From: Oikopleura dioica
Lineage: Eukaryota > Animalia > Chordata
NCBI GenBank assembly: GCA_907165135.1
Contig: OU015568.1
Span: 7,440,001-7,504,000, forward strand
DNA length: 64,000 nucleotides
Direction of reading: 5' to 3'
The notes beneath the pieces were generated by a model, which made no database searches, was not told the origin of the DNA, and saw only the letters and a program-made list of their open reading frames with translations. The stretch's first letter is position 1; the number at the start of each line of letters is the position of its first letter. The translations under genes were made by a program, and so were the position numbers. This document shows, one piece after another, positions 1-17,527 of the stretch.

Positions 1-2965
1 GGTACTGAAAAGGGAAAGCTGATCATTTGCGATCATGATGGGAACAAAACGAAGGATCTTTGCACTCTCAAAGGCGCCATAAGCTGCATTAGAACCGATG
101 AGCGTGGAGAAATTATCGCTTGTTCCACACTGGAAGGTCATGTCCGCGTCATATCTTTGTTTGAAGATCCAGAAGTTGAGCTAAAAATGAAATTCAAAAA
201 TGCAGTTCATAGAATCACCTTATCCGACACTTATCTATCTTCGGGGAAAATAATCATTGCAGGCGAGAAGATTACTCTCTGTGAAAGGGGGCTTTTGGGT
301 TCGAAAAAGTCGACAAACTTGGCGATCACAAAAGAGGTTTCTCAAATTGAATGGAGAGGAGACCTGTTGACCTGGGCTGATGCTAGCGAAGTCAAAGTAT
401 GATTGTTTAGCTCGTTCAGTTGCTGAATGTTACGATTTAGGTGTTTGACATGGGTTCCCGTGAGATCATATCGATTATCTCCCGCCAGTCCATTTCTGAG
501 GAAAAAGACTACTCTTGCAACTTCACTTGGACTTCAAGTTCAACCTTGATAATCGGCTGGGACAACACAATCCAAATTTGCGGCGTGAAAACGCGCCAGA
601 ACTCGACAAAGATCGAAATCCAGAAAATAATCACGACAGAGTTCCCTATCACGGCTCTCCTGCCTCTTGGAGCTTCGAATGAAATGCTCATTTGTTCTGT
701 CAGCGCGAGACAAAAGCCCTCCGTGAAGATTATTGAGTTGCAAGAGGGATCTGGCTATCTTGAACATTGTGATGATCAAATTTCTGTCAGAGCTTATTCC
801 AGTTTCGTGTCAAAAGACTATCTAATGAGGTGAATGTAGGCGAAATACCGCGATTGGCAGTCCTGACTGACTGATTTTTGAAAGATGCACATTGACGTTA
901 CACTTCTCCATGCTAAAAACATAGGAGATTTGTAACGTAGATTGCGTAGGCGTCACTGGTTTGACGGAACTCTCAAAGAAGAGACACTAGAGTCAAATTT
1001 TAATTGGTTGATTAGCTATTTCACTCGAAAATCAGAATCAGTCAGTCAGAAATGCCAATCGCGGTAATTTTAATGATTAATCCAAAGACTAATTCACCAA
1101 CGAGAAAATAATTGATGAATTAGTGTAATTTATCTGCAATAAAACCTGTTTTCAGCGTTGTCAACTACGAAGGTCACGATCTGACGGCGTTTATAGCTTC
1201 GCCAAAAGACATAATTGTAGCGACCGAGCCAAATGACGAGGACCACGTAACCTGGCTCCTCGATAACGAGCAGTATCTTGAAGCCCTTGATTTTACGAAA
1301 AATCGAAAACTCGCGTCGCATAATTACGCTGCCATCGGACGAGAATATATTCGATTTCTGATTGAAACGGATGATCTGGAGCTGGCTGCAAAAAAGTGCC
1401 CCGCTTTTCTCAGGTGTTTCCTCTTTGTTTAGCCTGTTTTGGAATGATTTTAGTACGGCTCATGATTGGGAAAAAGAAGCATTGGCATTTTCGTCCAAGA
1501 ACTCGCTGAAAATCTTGATTCCTTATTTGCCTACCTCAAATCCACAGCTTCGAAGTTCTGTTTACGGCGAGGCCTTGCGCGAACTCATAGAAAGCAAGGA
1601 ATACGAGCGGTATTTATTTCTTATCAAGTCTTGGCCAAGGTATGATGATGTAAAGTTTCATGGTCTAAGCTGATTCTAGTGCTATTTTCGAAATAAAGAA
1701 TCAGGTCCATCTCATCCGCAACGAACTCTATCAGCTCGAGTCTTCAACAACTGAAACTCGCACTCTATCAGTTGCTCTCAGGATTTTACTAGAAGTAGAT
1801 CATCGATTCGAAGAAGCCTTTGAAATCTTCATGAAATTAGCTGACGCGGATGTGTTTTACTTCATTGAGAAGCATCTTCTTTACAAATTGCCGTGGGTGT
1901 CCGGGAGGATTTTGGATTTGATGGAGATTGATACTGACAAATGTTCCCAAATTTTGATAGAACACAGAGAAGACTTTCCTATTAGGTTTGAAACTTTCAT
2001 TCAATCTAAAATTTGAGCTGTTTTTCCCAGAGATATGGTTGAAGTTCTCCGCGGAAGCTCCCACTTCCTGCACAACTATCTTCACAATTTATATTGTCAG
2101 GATGGCGAATCTCTTCCTCCAGAATATCACGATCTCCAGGTTGTCCTTTATGCCAACTACGACCGGCCAAAGCTGCTTGATTTTCTCAAAACATCACCTT
2201 ATTACGAGGAGCGAGATGCACTTGACATTTGCACGGCAAAAGACTTGACCGCTGAACGAGTTTACCTCCTCGCGCGCATGGGAAAAAAGTCTGAAGCGCT
2301 CACACTCCTTCTTGACTCGTCCGAAACAATCCATCCTTGTGTTGACTTCTGTCTTCAACAGAATGATCACGAGCTGTGGACAGAGCTCATTGACATGTCA
2401 GTTTCGAAACCAGAGCATGTAAAGAACTTGCTGAATATAGTCGGCCAATACGTCAGCCCGTTGATGATTATTGAGAGGATACCAGAGGGAATGGAGATTC
2501 CAGGATTGCGAGATGCTCTTCAAGTTGTTCTCAACGACTCCACTGATCGTCAGAATATGTGGGAGCTTACAGAGAAAATCGGTAAGGTTGAATAAGCTGA
2601 TCAAAGGAATGCAACCAAAAAATTTAGCGGCCATTGATGGCATGAGCCTCTTGAGCCGCTTTTATAGCAACAAAAAGCGCGCAGTTGTGATAGACAGTTC
2701 GGACACAGGCAAACCGCTACAATGCGCTGGCTGCTCGCAACCGCTCTTCTGGAAACATGATATCTACCACCGAAAATGCATGGTCTTCACATGTGGCCAT
2801 CACTGTCACATTCAGTGCGCTGTTGACGCATCACACGCCGGCAGTAACTCGCAGAGAACCTCGACCTCCAGCAGTCCGTCTTACAGACGCACGGGGTCAT
2901 TTTCCAGCTCTCATTTTTCCTTTTCCTCAGGCGGAGAACGCTGTCCAAAATGCAACCATCGTTGA
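1..2965 (+). CDS. VPS41: Vacuolar protein sorting 41 (HOPS subunit), multi-exon, 5' end outside window
   Basis: Frame is open from base 1 (GTEKGKLIICDHDGN). WD40-like N-terminus (IEWRGDLLTWAD), then the clathrin-repeat region (YANYDRPKLLDFLKTSPYY, ERVYLLARMG, LWTELID, IERIPEGMEIPGLRDAL) and a C-terminal RING-H2 (CAGC...CGHHCH..C...CPKC). Short GT-AG introns join the ORF-track pieces. Confidence 0.93.
846..1066. mobile_element. MITE with TA target duplication (Tc1/mariner-type) in a VPS41 intron
   Basis: ta|ccgcgattggca..tgactgactgat at the left end and atcagtcagtca..tgccaatcgcgg|ta at the right end form an imperfect TIR of about 30 bp flanked by TA. There is also an internal hairpin (acgttaca..ctcc..ggag..tgtaacgt). 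Confidence 0.7.
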
Positions 2966-3103
2966 TTCTTCTCTCTTTTTTACAAATGCCTTTCTTCTGA
3001 AAATTTCTTCTACCATTCTGTCAGTTCACCACGATTCTTCATTGTTTTTTCTTCGATAAAAAGATTCAGCATTCAAATAAGCTTCCATCGTCTAACGCTA
3101 GTA

Positions 3104-3112
3104 CTTTTCTAG
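3104..3112 (+). promoter_or_regulatory. Candidate trans-splice acceptor upstream of AGPAT
   Basis: Pyrimidine-rich ttttctag about 18 nt upstream of the ATG with no obvious upstream donor, and only about 165 nt after the VPS41 stop. Confidence 0.45.
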
Positions 3113-3129
3113 TTGTGAAAAACTGGCAG

Positions 3130-4541
3130 ATGGGAATCGTCAACTCATTATTTATACAAGCGACGCTTGTAACTTTCATTTCCACCGGCTTTTTGCACAA
3201 TCTCATTCAACTCGCTGCGCTTGTCTTCGTCTACCCTTTCCACAAGAACACATATCGACGAATCGCTGAAGCTGCGCAAGTTCTTCACTGGTCTATCGTC
3301 GCCAATCTCGGTTGGCGATCTGGTTCCAAGCTAAAAATCTTTTGCTCTGACGACGACTTGAAACACATTGGAAAAGAGGCTGCTATTCTCATCGCAAATC
3401 ACCGCTACAGTATTGACTTTCTCTCGACAGTGCTCATTCCTGATCAATTCGGACGTCTCGGACAATTTAAAGCGTTCCAGAAACACGAGACGAAATTCTT
3501 GCCTATCGTGGGTTGGGACTTTTGGTTCACGGAGAATATATTCTTACGAAGAGATGCTAAACGAGATGTAAAAGGTAAGACATTACTGACCTAGATCGGT
3601 GTCAAGTTGATGCAAATATCATTAATTCATCGGCGTTGTGATAATTCATAATATAAACAGAATCATCAAATAAGAGACTTATCGTTTCTTCAGCCATAGA
3701 AAATGGGGTCAAGCGACTTGTAGACTCCAACCGTCCGTTTTGGCTGATGCTTTACGCCGAAGGCAGTCGTTTCACAAACGACAAGCATGCGAGAAGCGAA
3801 GAAATCGCAGCTGAAAAAGGATGGTCTCCTCTTGAATACCATCTCCAGCCCCGTGCCACAGGCTTTACCAAAGTCTGGGAGCAAGTAAAAGAGGTAGATT
3901 TACTTTTTATCTATCAGATTGACAGTTACTGTTCAGAAAAATGTGGCAATTTATGACATGACAGTTCAATTAGAAGACAATATCGACCAGAAAATGTCGA
4001 GGATACTCCGCAAAGAGCCAGTTACATTTAATGTGTACATTCGGCGATTGATTCCTGACGAAAATTTAATAAAAGCTAAAGAGGATCCTGGCGATTGGAT
4101 TCGAAAGCTGTATCAGGAAAAGGATGAGCGTTTTAAAAAGCTGCTGAAGACAAAGACCCTTGATGGCCACGTTGCTAGTTTCCCCGAGGGTGCAAAGCCA
4201 GTCCGGGAGCAAGTTTTGCCGCAGCCAGCGGGAAGCAAGAGTAAGATCAAAATACACTTCTTTTGAATGTTAACATTTTATTCTAGTGGTTACTAACGCG
4301 CTGATGGCGACAGTCTTCCCGACCTGTTGCTACTTATTTTATCAGATGGGCAAGTCCTCGTACGTTGGGTTGGCCGCTAGCTTATCTGTCCCACTTGTGT
4401 GTCAATACCTTACTAGCAAAATTATCAAGTAAGTATTATCAAGTAGAAATTTTATTTTTACAAAAAACATTTTCCTTTTAAAATTTCAGATCCGGAGATA
4501 TTTCATCTGCTTCCACTCACGGCTTGAAAAAGACCCAGTAG
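3130..4541 (+). CDS. AGPAT3: 1-acylglycerol-3-phosphate acyltransferase, AGPAT3/4-like
   Basis: Acyltransferase motifs NHRYSID (HX4D), KFLPIVGWDFWFTENIFLRRD and WLMLYAEGSRFT. C-terminal transmembrane segments and a KKTQ-stop dilysine ER-retrieval motif. AGPAT3 versus AGPAT4 cannot be resolved. Confidence 0.85.
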
Positions 4542-4724
4542 CCCCCAATCTGCCAATCTACGAAAACACACTAGAATTCTTCACCTTATTATTTAATATC
4601 GTAATAACGAGCGCACGTTATTTATAAAACCCCTTTCTCTGTTGTCAAAATTTCAGCAAGAATCTGTTGGTTACTCCAATATGTCAAGACTGGATTTTTA
4701 GATTATGCTATCGTGTGCAAAATT

Positions 4725-6464
4725 ATGTTGAGACCGCGGATCGGCGGTGTCCTTTTGATTCTGGTCGATATTATTTGGATTATTTTCAGTCAGCTCAAGG
4801 ATTACGTTTTCAAAGATGTCCATTTCGACAAGCCATACTTCTCAACATACCTAAACTACTCATTTTTCACGTATGACTCGGGTCCGTCCTTATTTTTTTA
4901 ATTGATCTAATCAGTGTATACCTCCTTGGATTCTTGGTCTACAAGCCATGGGGTCGTCAATGCGTGCGATGCACCTGTGCTGATGACTACTACTACAACG
5001 TGCTTGAAAACACCGAGGATGAAGACGACTCGACCCAATCGGATACTGAATCATGTTCATCGTTTGTATTGAAGTTTGTTGCTCATTTTTATCGTATTTT
5101 CTAGCTTCGAAGCCCTATCCCAATCACAGTACATTGAAATTCATCTCCCTTCATGCCCATCAGATGACTCAGGTACTCTCGAACTTCTAGTGCTGTAATC
5201 AAAAGCATTTTCATAGAAGCCGATACTACAATGCGCGTGAAATTCTCGCCAACAGCCGAAGTGAAATCACTGCCCGACTCAACTTCCGAAAAGATCGCTC
5301 GGATGAGCCACCTCAAGTCGCGCCGCGCCCGTCAAACCAACAAAATCATGAAAAGCACCCGCAAAATGACTTTTATTGCCAAAGTAAATTACGAACTATC
5401 CTCTTCCTTCCACTCTAACTTAACTTTAAGTACGCGTTCTTATTTACGCTTCCGTTGTTTATGGCAGATTATTGTCGCGTCTTAGCGAGGACCAAGACCT
5501 CCGCTCCCGTCAGTGACATTTTGCAGAGTACCGCTGGCGTTTTTACACTCATTCTGGGGGCGATATTTCCTGCTTCTACGATCGACAAGTTCAGTGTTTT
5601 AAAGTTCATCTTTGCGATTTTAATGATGGGTGGCATGGTGCTCATTTCTGTTGGAGGATCTGAGGAGATTTACGTTGATGCTAGTACTGGCACGATCCTA
5701 TCGCTAAGTATGTATCCAGAACGGGAGATAAATTGGGAAATTACAATACTTCTAGTATCAACACTATCTATCTCCATCTTTTGACCGGAACAAGGCGCGT
5801 TTCCGGGCGAGATATGGACATCGACGTTCCAATGTTCTTTGGCTTCGTCGGCCTTTTTACGCTGCTGATGTTCTGGCCAGGGTTGGTTGTCCTCCACTTG
5901 ACGGGAATCGAAAGCTTTACCTTGCCAAGTAAAATCGAATGGATTTACTTGTGCATAAGTGCTCTAGTCACTGCGGTATGAATATGCATTCGCTTGCATA
6001 TCGAATCGTAACTCACCTTTTTTAGGTAATCTGTCAGTTGCTCTGGCTCTGGGCAAGTCTAGCCACTTCTCCACTTCAAGGAATCTTGGCATTGGCATTG
6101 ATCGTCCCCGGATCCAAAGGAATTTCAAACGTAAATATTTAAAATGTCTCAGAATAATTTGATTACTCACGAACTTTTTACGCCGTTTAGTTTTCGCCCG
6201 AGCTAATGTTTCTCTCAGACGAGTTTTTTCATTCAAGAGATTTATTTGAACATCGAGCTATTTTGATATCAAAAGTCGTTGGTTTTCAAATCGCCACATT
6301 TTTGCTTATGTTTTGTTAAGATTTTGGAGGGACAGCCGCTTTCTCTAAAATTCGCAGCTGGTGCGGCTTTAACCCTCATCAGCTACATCGGCGTTTGTAA
6401 TACTAACCGCTCTCCACGGCAAACCGCGGCTAAAGTGGAAGCTTTCGAATTGGAGTTACGATAA
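4725..6464 (+). CDS. SLC35F5: SLC35F5-like solute carrier (EamA/DMT fold)
   Basis: GVLLILVDIIWIIFSQL..YVFKDVHFDKPYFSTY, MRVKFSPTAEVKSL, DILQSTAGVFTLILGAIFP and DVPMFFGFVGLFTLLMFWPG match the SLC35F5 pattern. One junction near 5707-5755 could not be phased cleanly. Confidence 0.88.
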
Positions 6465-6962
6465 AAAGCTCCCAACCTGTACCTGTTTTTTCTTTTATTT
6501 GACCTACCTATCTTGCTAACTTCTGTCACACCTCATTTTACCTGCCAACTCATCCCATGCGAATTAAATATTTAATAAATTATTTGCTTATCCTTTCTCT
6601 TTCACTATTTAAAAAATTCAGATTCAAGAATTCAAAATCGGACTCGCTAAAAGACGCAACAAGAATTTCTGAATGATTCCAACGTCGTTTCTTGAAATCA
6701 TTTTGAATGAACTCGGACTTTGTTGACTCTTCAAAGCGCCAAAATTTCAATCCCTCGGATAGACGAAAGCTCAACGATTTAAATCTCATCCGAAACGACC
6801 CTATAAATCCGCGTAAAGCGCTTGATTTCAAACCCAGGTACTTTTGGAAGTTATTTTGACCCGCTTTTTTTTTAAGAAAGCGGTTTCGTGAACTAACCAC
6901 AAGCGAGTTAATTCTTTGTCTGAAGATAGTTCTATCTCTCTTTCCTCAAGTTTTTAGCTATC

Positions 6963-12688
<5,726 letters not shown>

Positions 12689-12996
12689 AAACCGTTCATC
12701 ATCCCTCGTTTCTTCTTTCTTTGCTACATTTCAAAAAACAAAAAAATATACGAAAACTAGAACTGCCAAATTGTCGCGCTACGCTTAGAACAAAAAATAA
12801 TAAGTAACGAAAACATTACATTGTGTAGATCGCTTTCAGTTCGGCGAATTCCCGAAAAGCAATTCGCGAATTTATATAAAAAAAAACAAACTAACTTTTA
12901 ATGAACAATTCTTATCCATCTTTCCCGCTTTTCCCTAAAAAAAGAGTAAAATACTTACTCAGCAACTCGACCCCTGCAAGTTTTTTCAACTAAAAG

Positions 12997-13185
12997 CTGG
13001 GCTCTGCAACAAGTGTAAAAACCTGAGTCAGGGTCTCAGAGATCTTTAATGAAAAGCCGCGTAGCGCCTTTGTTGAAAACTAAGCCGCGTAGCAGCTTCG
13101 CTAGAATTTAAGACATCATCCGAGCTTTTTCCTAGAGATCTTTGAGACCCTGACTCAGGTTTTTCACACAGGTTGCCAAGCTAAG
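12997..13185. mobile_element. Family-A MITE copy in the LATS 3' UTR/flank
   Basis: TIR ctgggctctgcaac..aaaacctgagtcaggg with an inverted copy at the right end, plus aagccgc-nnn-gcggctt hairpins. Confidence 0.8.
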
Positions 13186-13890
13186 GCTAAAACGAAACAC
13201 ACAAACACACACAAATTCAACCCAACGCCCCAGATCTTCTTCTCGGAGAACGAAAAAGCTGTTCTAACTCTCCTTTACTTTCCTAAACGAACAAAAAAAT
13301 AACCGAAGAATGAAAATTGAGTTGAAAATTTATTTATTTTGTCATTCTTTTCGATTTTTAAAATTATGCCCTAAAATCAAAAACTCTTTATTTTTTACCG
13401 AGAAAATTACCTTTTCTGCCCAAGTTCCATTTACAGAAAAATAACCGTACACTCCCACGAAAATTCCGCACCCTCTTGGAAAAAATGAAAATTCTGGATC
13501 CAGATAAATCAACTTTATACGAACATTACAAGCCTGTTACCCAACCGTTCAAGAATAAACTCTTTACTGATTCTATTGTTCTTACGTTCCATATTCTCTT
13601 CTTGATATTTCAGTGCCTTTTTCTTGGAACTTCTTTTCTTGTAACTTTATTTTTTCGTTATTACCTTCCATGTACTTCTCCTATTCTTTACCAGCGCATT
13701 TCAGCCCAACAATTAAACTAACATTTAACCCGGCTAAACGCGCATTTTCGCTGGTTTCAGTAATCAGTGAAAATGAGGACCAACCGTACCAAAAATATTG
13801 CTTTCTAATCTTTCCTTTCTTTTACAAAAAATAAATTTAACCAATTCAAAATTTCGAAATGAATATATTTTCAGTCAAAAAGACCATCTC

Positions 13891-15006
13891 CTGGGCTCAG
13901 AAACCTGAGCCAGGGTCCAGAAATGGCTCTGATTAAAAGCCTCGTAGCGGCTTTTTTAAAAACGGGGTTCTCCGCTTTGTGTTGGTGCTAAAAACTCGCA
14001 GTGGCCAAGTACAGGCAGGTGTCAAGCTGTGCAAATAGGATGCAACGGGCCCACCGAAACGCGCAGCCTGCTGCGCTGTCCTGCAGAGACTGGTCCTAGC
14101 ACCAATTTCGAGCAACGCTCAGTGTGATATAGCTTCAAAATCAGCAAGCTAAGCCGAGGATAAGCTCAAAAGTGAAGTTTGAAAAGAGTAAAAAATTGGA
14201 ATTTCATAAAACCTTGTAGAATAATTTTTTGTAGATTTTACTTCTAAGATCGAAAATATATTTATCTGACCATAGGCTATGGACCATAGCTCACCTAAGC
14301 CTGCCCTTGACGAGAAAGGTCGGGTACCAATTGGTATTGTCTGCTCATTGAAAATATAGTACAAAAAAATCTGCCAAGGCAAAAAGAGATGATTAAAGAT
14401 AGCGATTCATATATAAAACAAATATTTTCATAACTTTATTATAACCAAGGGAATCTAGATTTTTATGAAGATGATTTCGAGGTTCATAATCGAAATCTCC
14501 GTAAAAAATAACCATACAAGGCGAGTTTTCATAAAATTTCAATCTTCATTCTTTTTATCTTCACTTTTAACCGGCTGAGCTTGATCCGATTTTGCAGCTA
14601 AGTTCCCCTTGTTTGTGTTAACTTTGGCTCAATCCATCTCACACCGAGCCTTGCTCAGAGTTGGTGCTAGGAGCAGTCTCTGCGGGACTTCCCAGTGGGT
14701 AGCACATGTCGGTGAACCTCTTGCATCCCATTTGCACAGCTTGACATCATGCCCGCACCTGGCCACTGTGAGTTTTTAGCACCAACACAAAGCGGAGTGA
14801 GCCTTAAAAACGAAGCCGCTTTGCGGCTTCGCCAAAATCACCATCTCAATCCATTCAATTGACTTTTAAGTTATAACAATAGATTGAGATGGCTTCTTGG
14901 CAAAGCCGCAAAGCGGCTTCGTTTTTAAAATAGCCGCTACGCGGCTCTTGATAAGTAGTTTATCAGTGCCCTGACTCAGGTTTTCCACACAGGTTGCTGA
15001 GCCTAG
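13891..15006. mobile_element. Family-A MITE split by a nested foldback element
   Basis: The left arm stops at ttaaaaacg and resumes at 14804 with the same 9-mer, then cgaagccgc. The right TIR ends gctgagcctag. Confidence 0.8.
13965..14803. mobile_element. Non-autonomous foldback DNA element, long diverged TIRs, 9-bp TSD (Mutator- or Merlin-like)
   Basis: Perfect TSD TTAAAAACG at 13956-13964 and 14804-14812. About 250 bp of imperfect inverted repeat starts ctccgctttgtgttggtgctaaaaactc. No ORF of note. Confidence 0.8.
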
Positions 15007-17527
15007 GCCCTTTCTTTTGACTGAAATTTGGCGTTTATTTGTTGTTTGAGAATCCAGGCAAAATGACTGAAGATGAGTAGCATTTATTTGACGAATCTGT
15101 TTATTCCAGGTCATTTTTTATGCAGGATGGTGCTTGAAAACGTTGAACCACTACTTTTACAAGGCGACAGTACATTTTTCTAATATGCGCGTCCACCTGC
15201 TTGCGCGCGGGAGTAAATCATCGGCGTACATGAGTTGTTTTGCAATTTTGAATTATTCCAACTATATAAGTCGCCAAGCCGCTTTTCCAACACATTTCAC
15301 ATCCGAGTAAGAAACAGAAAAGGAGGAGAACGAAATCGAAAAAGAATGAAGTTGATATCGATGATGGTAAATCTTTTTTGCTCGATTTCCGCGGCGCATG
15401 CTGGTTTCAACGATGTTTTTACACGTAAGTTCAAATAAAAATAATCTATTTTCAAATTTAAAATTTTGCATATCAGGTCTTTTTTGTAATTTATAAGGGA
15501 AAATAAATCACGTGACAAGTCGATAAGTTAATTATTCAAATAATAATTAGAGGCATCGAGATCTAATTTAAGTTTTTTTTTGGTAATTTACCATTTACTT
15601 ATTCTGAATAAGTTATTCAGTTTCTTCTCTGAAAACCAGGCTTTGTAACCGACTGACGTCACCCGAAGCAAGATTAGATGCTGGATGTGAACTGAAAGAA
15701 TCGAAGCTAGGGCCCGACTCTTCAAAATCTATCGATCTTACGAAAAGCTTATCTGGACTTGTAAATGACTTCCAATCTGTTCCATTAATGTTAAAACGAT
15801 TTATTTAAATAAAATTCATCATGCATTTATAAATTATCAAAAATCATCGGTAAGTTCCTCTCCAAGCGTTGCTGCTCAACAATGTGTCTGAAAAATACGA
15901 GCTAGTAGCTACAGCTTGATTAAACCCATCGGATTAATAGGAAATGAAGATTGTTGCGGAAACGGAGCTGCCCACTTAGTATTAGCGGTCAAATTGCAAG
16001 ATTCGGTGTTTTCTTGAATAAACAAAGTTTTTCTGTCAAAACCGATTTTTTTTGCCACGTGGTTTTTTGATGACCTTGTTTCTCTTTTGATTTCCTTTTG
16101 TTTTGACTTTTGAAGCCAAAGACAATTCTACAGACATTCAGATGTTTCGCGCGTAAACAGTTTTCAATGAAGTTTTTCAAGGGCAAAAAGTAATATTTTG
16201 ACGAAAATTCGACCTTCAGACAAAACTCCCCACTTCATATGTCGAATATATCTTGACTTTCTAGCTCCCTAGACGCCTGTTTATCATAAGATATTGATTT
16301 TATGCTTGAGTTTCATTAATTTCGTAAATGGAATGACCTCTACCAGAGTCTGGTTGGTACGAGTCCGGATCATGGGGCGATAGATTGCCTCATACATCGC
16401 CTCCTTTTAGAGAGAGAAAGACACATTTCCTTTTTAGGATTCAAACACGACAAATTCAAAATATAAGTCGAAAAGTCTTGCAGCAAGAAAGAAATTCAGA
16501 ATAAAAGCAACTCTAAAATGCCTCCTCAAGAAGAGAAAATTTCAACCACCACCAGACAAAGTCACGAAGAGAATATAAGCGAGAAAACCAGGAAAGGATT
16601 CCTTCGTTAATTGAGAATTGAAGTCAGAGGCTAAGCGGTTGAGCCGTTATCTTGAAATTATCCGTTACTCTTTTGATAGAACGATATTCTTAGAATATAC
16701 CTAATTTTTGTCTACTGAAATGATCCGATTTATTCAACCGGAATATCCGGCAGACGAGGGAGATCAAAGCCTTCGGCATTATTTAAGGGTATCATCTTCT
16801 AAATTGCAAGAAGCTTATAGTGGACCTCGATCGACCCAAGTAGGAGTGTCATTCCAATTTGCACTCGCAGCAATTTCAAAAGAATAAAAATGGGTGTGTG
16901 AGTCCGTATTTGTAGAGCGAAAAAAACGTAAAAAAGTTAAGCTTGCATTATCACTTCATAATGAAATCTTCATTGATCAACTCTGCTTTTTGAATCTTGA
17001 ATCTGAATTCATTATGCTATCACTGCCAGCCTAGCAGTAATTAAGGGTATTTTGGTATTTTTCATAATTATGATCACATCTCTAGAAAAATTAGATAAGG
17101 ACCAAGTTGATACTCAAAATATACCACAATAAAGCACAAAATGAGAAGTTTTATTATGTAAGTTTTCAGATTATCATTATTAAAATATTGCTACTTGAAC
17201 TAAGGAATAAGTTACATAACGTAGAAAAAGTATTCTCACCGTCTTGGTTTTTTATTGACACGCCTATTTTCGTCTGAGCTTGATCGATGATCGCTTGCCA
17301 GGATCATCAACAATGGCCCCAACATTTTTCGGCAATAAAACAACGTTTGCTAATCAATTAGCCACATGAGGGCAGCAATTTCGTAAAACTACTTTCACGA
17401 ATGATGTTCGTTTTCAAGCTCCGTCCTCAGGGCATATTTCAGTTTTTCTGACTGCAGACGCCGTCCGGCTTTACCCCCTCAAACCTTGTTTTCAACCCTT
17501 CCACAAAAAACTTGGACTTTTTTAAAA

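Noticed and set aside
6548-6558. actcatcccat, matching the 5' end of the Oikopleura spliced leader as I recall it
   Set aside because: Only 11 nt match. The rest of the leader, the donor and the Sm site are absent.
15654-15661. Perfect CRE TGACGTCA about 1.9 kb upstream of PEPCK
   Set aside because: An 8-mer is expected about once per 65 kb, and another copy lies in EB1-like coding sequence; there is no supporting evidence.
15100-17300. Short ORFs between LATS and PEPCK
   Set aside because: No recognisable domain, no consistent splice chain and low-complexity composition; treated as intergenic or regulatory.
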